Assembly: GCA_035606555.1 (NCBI GenBank)
Contig: DATNFD010000044.1
Span: 756-64,755, forward strand
DNA length: 64,000 nucleotides
Direction of reading: 5' to 3'
Origin: Terracidiphilus sp.
GTDB lineage: Bacteria; Acidobacteriota; Terriglobia; Terriglobales; Acidobacteriaceae
The notes under the pieces were generated by a model. The model searched no databases. It worked only from the letters and a program-made list of their open reading frames with translations, and was not told the origin of the DNA. Position numbers and translations under genes: made by a program. Below are positions 58,023 through 64,000 of the stretch, in pieces. Numbering within the stretch: position 1 is the stretch's first letter; every line of letters begins with the position of its first letter.

Positions 58023-58739
58023 TCAGGCGCGAACCGTTTGGCCGGTAACTTTCCGCACCCAGAATTCGATAACGATTGTGTTGATTGAAAAACCGATCCA
58101 GAAGGCTATGCCGAAGAATTGGCTCGGCGTGAGGTGGCTGAGGCGCTGCGTTGCAAAGAAGAATCCCATTACCGGCCGAGTAGTCGCGATGCCCAGCAGG
58201 ATTGCAGTTGCACGTATCATCCAAAGTCTCTGTTGAAAGAGTCTGGCAGGCTGCTTCGAGAATTGCCACACTTTCGCGAGCGAGAAGAGGAACAGCGAAT
58301 CGAAAAAGAAGACGGCCGAACGTTCAGTCCATCCTCCCACGGCATATCGACTCATTCCGTAAGCTGTGATGCCGGTGATGATGCCAAGGAAGAAGAAAGC
58401 CCGGAGCAATGCCGACGGAACCATTCGCGCTCTGAACAGGAATGGCAGGACCAGGACAAAGGCGAGGGCGCATAGGATGTGAATCCAGGTGAGCACGGAG
58501 TGCGAGGCGAACCAGCGATCGAGATCGGCCAGTTGAGGCGGGGCGATTCCGGTAGAGGGCCGGAGCAGAGCGATGGCGCGGCGCACAACGACGGCAATCG
58601 CGATGAACATACATGCGCCGAATCCGACCTTCAGCCAGAGGGGAAATCGGATCGAGAAGAAGAGCGGTCCCTGGTCGATTCCCTTGCGAGGGGTCGGCGG
58701 TCGACTTGATTCACTCGAATGGATGTTGTTCTCGATCAT
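58023..58739 (-). CDS. DUF2306-like membrane protein
   Basis: About 6 TM helices, TWIHIL, WMIRATAILLGIATTR and FGIAFWIGF. Start reassigned to ATG 58739 because the longer ORF overlaps tetR. Confidence 0.78.
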   Translation of the reverse strand: MIENNIHSSESSRPPTPRKGIDQGPLFFSIRFPLWLKVGFGACMFIAIAVVVRRAIALLRPSTGIAPPQLADLDRWFASHSVLTWIHILCALAFVLVLPFLFRARMVPSALLRAFFFLGIITGITAYGMSRYAVGGWTERSAVFFFDSLFLFSLAKVWQFSKQPARLFQQRLWMIRATAILLGIATTRPVMGFFFATQRLSHLTPSQFFGIAFWIGFSINTIVIEFWVRKVTGQTVRA

Positions 58740-58803
58740 TTGGCGATCGTATGCATTCGATTTACAGGTTGTCAAACCAAAATCTAAAACGTAGACTCGA
58801 GCC
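58740..58803. promoter_or_regulatory. Overlapping divergent sigma70 promoters (both leaderless) with a candidate TetR operator
   Basis: Minus strand: TTGACA-18-TACGAT-6-ATG. Plus strand: TTGTCA-17-TAGACT-6-GTG. Imperfect palindrome TTTACA-GGT-TGTCAA at 58761-58775 covers both -35 boxes. Confidence 0.7.
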
Positions 58804-59442
58804 GTGAAGAAAGAAAACGCGTCCATATCGAGGCGTCCATATGGGTTAGGTAAACGCGCCGAGCAGATGGAGCAGAGCAGAGCAGCGATTCTGCGTGTGG
58901 CGCGTGAGCAACTGGAAATCAATGGATATAGGCAGTGGACCATGGGATCGCTTGCCGCGCAGAGTGGGGTGACTCGGCAAACAGTCCACAATCTGTTCGG
59001 GAATAAAGCGGCTGTGCTCGAAGCACTCTTTGATGTGATCGCATTGGACGGAGGGATGGGAAGGATGCGGGGTGTAATGATGTTGCGGTCACCTAAGGCG
59101 ATGCTCCAAGGATATGTGCAGGTATTTTGCGAGTTTTGGGAAAGCAATCGCCTGCTGATCCGCCGCATCCACGGACTCGGCGCTTTCGATCCTGAATTCG
59201 GAGCGGTGATTGCTGATCGAAACAGTCAAAGATTGAGGGCGGCGATGTGTATCGTTAGCCGCTTGAGCCTTACCGATGGGGCGAAGGAAAGGGCAGCGGG
59301 ATTGGCCGGACTCACCTCGTTCGAATTCTACGATGCTCTGGCGGAGAATCTGGCGGAGGAGAAGCAGGTGATTGCGGTGATACTCGGACTCTCACAGAAA
59401 CTGATCGAGCGAGGATGGTTAGCGAGTAAGGCGACCCGGTAG
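58804..59442 (+). CDS. TetR/AcrR-family regulator
   Basis: RAAILRVAREQL...TMGSLAAQSGVTRQTVHNLFGNKAAVL HTH. Confidence 0.9.
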   Translation: MKKENASISRRPYGLGKRAEQMEQSRAAILRVAREQLEINGYRQWTMGSLAAQSGVTRQTVHNLFGNKAAVLEALFDVIALDGGMGRMRGVMMLRSPKAMLQGYVQVFCEFWESNRLLIRRIHGLGAFDPEFGAVIADRNSQRLRAAMCIVSRLSLTDGAKERAAGLAGLTSFEFYDALAENLAEEKQVIAVILGLSQKLIERGWLASKATR

Positions 59443-59514
59443 ACGATCACAGTTACCATCCGATTCTTGGGGTGCGACCATGTTCCTCGTATAGAGGCGC
59501 AGTACACTCGACGT

Positions 59515-60771
59515 ATGAACCAGCGCACGACATCCCGCGTGAGTCTCACGGCGTTGCTGGGGACGCCAGTAATGGACCCGCAGGGAAATGTGTGCGGCAA
59601 GCTGAAAGACATCGCGGTGGCTATTGGTCCGGATGCGGGCAAGGTGGCCGGACTCGTTCTGAAGACACGCACCGGTCTGTCTCTTGTGCCATCGCAGGAG
59701 GTTCGGGAGACTGCGGCTGGGACCTTGCAAGTGTTGTCCACGCTGGCCATCACTCCGCTCCGGGAGCAGGGGCATTTCATCTATCTGCAGCAGGACCTAA
59801 TTGACCGGCAGATCATCGATATTCACGGACGCAAAGTCGTTCGCGTCAATGATGTCGACCTGGAATGGATGGGCGATGGGTCGGCGCACCTGCTGCGAGT
59901 GGCAGAGGTTGAAGTCGGGCTGCGCGGAGCATTCAGGCGGGTTTTTAAGGGAATTCTGCCGAAAGCAAAGCTGGATCAGCTTTCGAGGCGATTCAAGGAT
60001 CGCGGAATACCGTGGCAGTTCGTGGACATGATCGAGGTCGATCCGGCGCGGCGTGTGAAACTGCGCATTGAATATGAGCGCCTGGCTAAGATGCACCCGT
60101 CGGATCTGGCGGAGATCCTGGAGGATTTGAGTCCGGCGGAGCGCGATGCCGTGTTTACGTCGTTGGATGAAGAAGTCGCGGCGGAGACGCTGGAGGAGGT
60201 CGACCCGAAGCTGCAGGTTTCGCTTCTGGAAAAGCTGGATGAGGAGAGGATTGCTGACATAGTCGAGGAAATGGACCCAGGTGCAGCGGCGGATCTTCTG
60301 GCCGAGCTTCCCGAAGACAGATCTGACGCGATCCTGGAAGAGATGGAGCCGGAAGAGCGGCAGGAGGTGGCAGAACTCCTTGAGTTCGATGAGAATTCTG
60401 CGGCCGGCGCAATGACGACGGACTTCGTTTACCTGGGGACAGATGCGACGGTTTCGCAGGTGGGTGCGGCATTGCGCAGCTATGACGGGGATATCGAAGC
60501 GGTAACCGAGATTTATCTTCTGGACGAGAAGCGTGCACTACGCGGTGCGGTTCCGCTGGCCCGGCTGGTGGTAGCAGAGCCAGAGACGAAACTGATCGCG
60601 CTAGCTGAAGCACGTGTGCTCTCGTGTCCGGCGGACATGAAGCAGATCGAGTTGGCGGAGATGTTCGACAAGTACAATCTACATGCGCTGCCAGTTGTGG
60701 ATTCGCAGGGGCGAATGGTGGGAGTGGTGCTGGCGGATCACGTGATTAGTTTTCTTCGGGAAAAGCTATAA
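59515..60771 (+). CDS. Soluble PRC-barrel + MgtE N-terminal + CBS-pair protein
   Basis: DLIDRQIIDIHGRKVVRVND, MHPSDLAEILEDL, EEMDPGAAADLL, AAGAMTTDF and KYNLHALPVVD. No TM domain. Confidence 0.88.
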   Translation: MNQRTTSRVSLTALLGTPVMDPQGNVCGKLKDIAVAIGPDAGKVAGLVLKTRTGLSLVPSQEVRETAAGTLQVLSTLAITPLREQGHFIYLQQDLIDRQIIDIHGRKVVRVNDVDLEWMGDGSAHLLRVAEVEVGLRGAFRRVFKGILPKAKLDQLSRRFKDRGIPWQFVDMIEVDPARRVKLRIEYERLAKMHPSDLAEILEDLSPAERDAVFTSLDEEVAAETLEEVDPKLQVSLLEKLDEERIADIVEEMDPGAAADLLAELPEDRSDAILEEMEPEERQEVAELLEFDENSAAGAMTTDFVYLGTDATVSQVGAALRSYDGDIEAVTEIYLLDEKRALRGAVPLARLVVAEPETKLIALAEARVLSCPADMKQIELAEMFDKYNLHALPVVDSQGRMVGVVLADHVISFLREKL

Positions 60772-60855
60772 GACGGTGATCAGTAGTCCGGGATCGGGCA
60801 GTTGCAGAGTGTAGTCGTCTGCGATTACAGGTGCGCGCGCTTTGAGGGATGGTCT

Positions 60856-61386
60856 ATGCCGCCGAGGGATGGAATTAAAACGTATGTTCCTCAGGCACAC
60901 CAAAAGGGCCCTGCGACCCATCGGGGCGACTGGGTGGATCCCGTTAAGCTGCCGGTTCTGATCAGGCTGTTTGTCTGGCTTCTGGTGTTCAGGTCGGCTG
61001 CGAACCTGGTTTTTGCATTGATTGTCGGGCTTGCGCCGGATACCACGGTAGCCAATTTTATTGCGATCAATTTTGATGCGTGGCCGAGGCAGATGCCGCC
61101 GGAGGGCGTGTTTTACGTGAGCGCGTTATTGTATGCACTGACGGCGTGGCGGTGGTACAGCCGGGATTGGCGTGCGCGTTGGTTCGTCATGTTTTTGTCG
61201 GGAGCCACAGCGGCGAAGATGATGGGGAATTACGTGGCGGACCGGGCAGCGGGACCGCCTATGCCAATGTTGCCGGGGCAGCAGGTCTCGTTCTTTCTGA
61301 CTATAGCCATCAATCTGATCATCTGCGGGTACCTGGCTTTTTATCCCGGAATGGCGCAGGCGTTCAAGGAGACGCCGTGGGATTGA
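60856..61386 (+). CDS. Hypothetical membrane protein (4 TM)
   Basis: Hydrophobic segments, C-terminal GYLAFYPGMAQAF and GAGGG upstream of ATG 60856. Confidence 0.7.
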   Translation: MPPRDGIKTYVPQAHQKGPATHRGDWVDPVKLPVLIRLFVWLLVFRSAANLVFALIVGLAPDTTVANFIAINFDAWPRQMPPEGVFYVSALLYALTAWRWYSRDWRARWFVMFLSGATAAKMMGNYVADRAAGPPMPMLPGQQVSFFLTIAINLIICGYLAFYPGMAQAFKETPWD

Positions 61387-61543
61387 AATGCAGGGGACGA
61401 GCGGACAAGGGACAAGACTGAGAGAGAATGCGCCGGCTTGGGGCAAAGGCTACTGACAAGGGTCTTGAACTTCTGGTTGTCAGCCTATAGTTCCTGTTCA
61501 GATGTCACTGACGAATTGCTTCGGGGTGTGAAACAATCACCCG

Positions 61544-62971
61544 ATGTTTCAAATGCCAAAGATCATCCAAGGCGGCATGGGCGTCGGTGTGTCGAACTGG
61601 CGACTCGCGCAGGCTGTTTCGAAGCAGGGACAGCTTGGGGTGGTTTCGGGGACCGCGCTCGACCAGGTGCTGGTGCGCCGACTGGCTGATGGGGACGCCG
61701 GCGGGCACATGAGGCGCGGTTTCGATGCGTTTCCGTTTCCGGAGATGGCGAAGCGAATTTGGAACGTCTACTTTCAATTGGGCGGAAAGGCTGTGGGAAC
61801 AGCGTATCCGCTGACTGCGATGCACCAGAGGCGGGACCCGCGGACGCTCATCGAGTTACTGATGGTAAGTAACTTCGTTGAAGTTTTTCTGGCGCGCGAA
61901 GGACATCTGAACAAGGTAGGCGTGAACTTCCTGGAGAAGGTGCAATTGCCGCATCTGGCCTCGATTTATGGGGCGATGCTGGCGGGTGTTGGATACGTGC
62001 TGATGGGGGCAGGAATTCCCCTGCATATTCCAGGAGTGCTGGACAACTTTGCGACCGGAAAAGCTGGGGAATACAAACTGGTGGTGACGGGAGCGCCAGC
62101 GACCGCGGATACGATGATGCGGTTTGATCCGAGTGACTACGCTGAGGGGCCGCTCCCTGCGTTGGAACGGCCGAGATTCCTCGCTATTGTCTCGTCGAAC
62201 ACATTGGCGGCAACAATGTTGCGGCGGGCATCGGGGAAGGTCGACGGTTTCATCATCGAGAGTCCGACTGCGGGGGGGCATAATGCTCCCCCGCGTGGCA
62301 AAGGTGCGCTGGATGTTTCGGGGCAGCCGGTGTATGGAGAACGCGACCGCGTTGATGTGGAGGAACTGCGCCGGTTGGGGGTGCCGTTCTGGCTGGCGGG
62401 TGGTTATGGAAGTGCGGAGAAGTTGCACGAAGCCCTCGAGCAGGGTGCTGCCGGTGTGCAGGTGGGTACGGCATTTGCGTTCAGCGAGGAATCGGGACTA
62501 CGGCACGATCTGAAAAAGATGCTGGTGGCGCAGGCAGCGCAAGGTACGGCGAGAGTTTTCACTGATCCAGTGGCCTCGCCCACGGGATTCCCGTTCAAGG
62601 TGGCTCAGCTTGCCGGAACCTACTCCGATCCGGGAGTGGCTGCCGCGCGCACGCGCGTCTGCGATCTGGGGTATTTGCGTGAGGCTTACTGGACGGAAGA
62701 CGGAAAGATCGCATACCGATGTGCAGCCGAGCCAGAGGCCTCGTATTTTTCCAAGGGCGGGCAAATCGAGAATACCGCCGGAAGGAAATGCCTGTGCAAT
62801 GCGTTGCTCGCGAACATCGGACATTCGCAGACACGCGCAGACGGGATCGCCGAGCCGCCGCTGGTAACGGTGGGGGATGATGTCAATCGCGTGGCCGCGT
62901 TTCTAGCGCCGGGAGAAGACAGCTACCGTGCAGCAGACGTGGTGGACTCGTTGATGCGCGGGGCGGTGTAG
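61544..62971 (+). CDS. Nitronate monooxygenase / 2-nitropropane dioxygenase-like FMN enzyme
   Basis: IIQGGMGVG, MGAGIP, ESPTAGGHN, WLAGG, GVQVGTAF and SPTGFPF. Confidence 0.88.
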   Translation: MFQMPKIIQGGMGVGVSNWRLAQAVSKQGQLGVVSGTALDQVLVRRLADGDAGGHMRRGFDAFPFPEMAKRIWNVYFQLGGKAVGTAYPLTAMHQRRDPRTLIELLMVSNFVEVFLAREGHLNKVGVNFLEKVQLPHLASIYGAMLAGVGYVLMGAGIPLHIPGVLDNFATGKAGEYKLVVTGAPATADTMMRFDPSDYAEGPLPALERPRFLAIVSSNTLAATMLRRASGKVDGFIIESPTAGGHNAPPRGKGALDVSGQPVYGERDRVDVEELRRLGVPFWLAGGYGSAEKLHEALEQGAAGVQVGTAFAFSEESGLRHDLKKMLVAQAAQGTARVFTDPVASPTGFPFKVAQLAGTYSDPGVAAARTRVCDLGYLREAYWTEDGKIAYRCAAEPEASYFSKGGQIENTAGRKCLCNALLANIGHSQTRADGIAEPPLVTVGDDVNRVAAFLAPGEDSYRAADVVDSLMRGAV

Positions 62972-62998
62972 CTCGTCGACCGCTTCGAATCCGTGCGG

Positions 62999-63541
62999 CT
63001 ATGCACCTTTTTCGTTGGTCCAGAACATCCATCGGACACCGAATTTGTCGTTGAGTGCGCCGTAGGTTCCGAATGGCTGAGCTTTGAGCGGATCGGTGAC
63101 TTGGGCTCCATCGGATAATTTTTCAAAAAGAGTTTTGAGCTGAGGTCGCGTGCCACCGCGGAGATAGAGGCAGACAGTATTGCCGCGCACACGGGCTTCG
63201 TCTGGCCTAAGCCAGTCGGAGGCGGAGAACTCGACGCCGGCACTCTGGAGGCGGGCATTGAGAACCTTATCCTGCTGGAATGGCGGCATCTGGTTCTTCA
63301 TCACTGAATCCTTGACTTTGGAAACATTGAGTTCTCCGCCGAAGACGGATTGGTAGAAGCGCATTGCGTCCGCGCAGGTGCCATCGAAGAGCAGATAGGG
63401 CGTCAACTTCAATTGAGGCTCCCTGTCGGCAGCGCGACTTACGGGCGCGCTGAAGGCAGGCGGAGGAGTTGCGCCGAGCGCGGCGGCGCTGAGGGCGGAA
63501 ACGACGAATTTGCGACGAGAGACGGGAACATTTTTGGACAT
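62999..63541 (-). CDS. VOC/PhnB-family protein with twin-arginine-like leader
   Basis: LTPYLLFDGTCADAMRFYQSVFGG, ASD and YGALNDKFGVRW; SRRKFVV followed by an Ala-rich segment. Confidence 0.88.
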   Translation of the reverse strand: MSKNVPVSRRKFVVSALSAAALGATPPPAFSAPVSRAADREPQLKLTPYLLFDGTCADAMRFYQSVFGGELNVSKVKDSVMKNQMPPFQQDKVLNARLQSAGVEFSASDWLRPDEARVRGNTVCLYLRGGTRPQLKTLFEKLSDGAQVTDPLKAQPFGTYGALNDKFGVRWMFWTNEKGA

Positions 63542-63580
63542 GGCTTTCCTCCTGGCTTGCGGTTCGTTATGACTTGGTGC

Positions 63581-63916
63581 TTATAAGCTTTTGTCTTCTT
63601 CGGAGAGCAAGTCGCCGAGGCGATCGAGGCTGAGTTCCCAGTGGGTACGGTGGTCTTTGATCCACTTTTCGAGGCGGTTGAAGCCTGCGGGTTCGATTCT
63701 GCAGGTGCGGACGCGGCCGAGTTTTTCTGTGCGGACTAGGTCGCTGTCTTCGAGGATTTGAAGATGCTGGCCGACCGCGGTGAGAGTGATGCCAAGGGGT
63801 TCAGCCAGTCGCGTGACGGAGATGGGCCCCCGGCTCAGCAAGTCGAGAATGGCTCGGCGGGTTGGATCTCCCAGCGCTTGGAAGAGGCGATCGGTTTGTG
63901 GTTGCGGCTTTGGCAT
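63581..63916 (-). CDS. ArsR/SmtB-family regulator
   Basis: FQALGDPTRRAIL, VGQHLQILE and EKLGRVRTC. Confidence 0.92.
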   Translation of the reverse strand: MPKPQPQTDRLFQALGDPTRRAILDLLSRGPISVTRLAEPLGITLTAVGQHLQILEDSDLVRTEKLGRVRTCRIEPAGFNRLEKWIKDHRTHWELSLDRLGDLLSEEDKSL

Positions 63917-63940
63917 TGCGATCTCGGTTTCGCGCAGGAC

Positions 63941-64000
63941 TTAGGCGACAACATTGGCACGGAGGCGATCCAGGAGGCTGTTCCAGCCATGCTCCACCAT
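63941..64000 (-). CDS. 3' end of a probable SRPBCC/AHA1-domain protein (truncated by window edge)
   Basis: Reads MVEHGWNSLLDRLRANVVA-stop, the typical C-terminal GW..LD.L helix, next to an ArsR gene. Confidence 0.6.
   Translation of the reverse strand: MVEHGWNSLLDRLRANVVA

Noticed and set aside
61527-61541. CRP/FNR- or Rex-like site TGTGA-AACAA-TCACC before the nitronate monooxygenase gene
   Set aside because: The spacer is 5 nt rather than 6, it does not match Rex spacing, and it occurs only once.
1-64000. CRISPR array, cas genes, prophage, IS elements, rRNA, riboswitches
   Set aside because: I saw no repeat-spacer arrays or diagnostic motifs by eye. Subtle structured RNAs in long spacers (8208-8594, 43591-43905) cannot be excluded without Infernal.

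Overview
Chromosomal window that looks acidobacterial (Terriglobia-like). The evidence is three ADOP-type duplicated permeases with PadR regulators, bshA, several Tat-tagged oxidoreductases and acidobacterial-style intergenic repeats. Housekeeping-like flanks (1-8207 and ~43900-64000) carry an ABC-2 exporter, bshA, a ChbG/HpnK deacetylase, tRNA-Val(TAC), a LarA-domain protein, ptrB, a PAS histidine kinase/receiver pair, TPM/LemA, an anti-sigma/STAS pair, a soluble MgtE-N/CBS protein and a nitronate monooxygenase. Between them lies an apparently accessory ~35 kb mosaic: a periplasmic Gfo/TIM-barrel pair, a wHTH-STAND-TPR/DUF4242/methyltransferase/acyl-CoA dehydrogenase cluster, a CitMHS-AtuA cluster, a nitrate/nitrite assimilation locus (HemD-GAF-ANTAR regulator, membrane-anchored nitrate reductase) and three decayed genes. 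The most unusual element is an unannotatable three-gene operon at 23233-29237: two all-helical proteins that appear by eye to be distant paralogues flank an internally duplicated beta-helix protein with no signal peptide. I also found a shared TAGW-N3-WCTA palindrome at all three PadR/ADOP loci and many leaderless promoters. I saw no CRISPR array, integrase or transposase. All family calls come from motif recognition by eye, without database searches.
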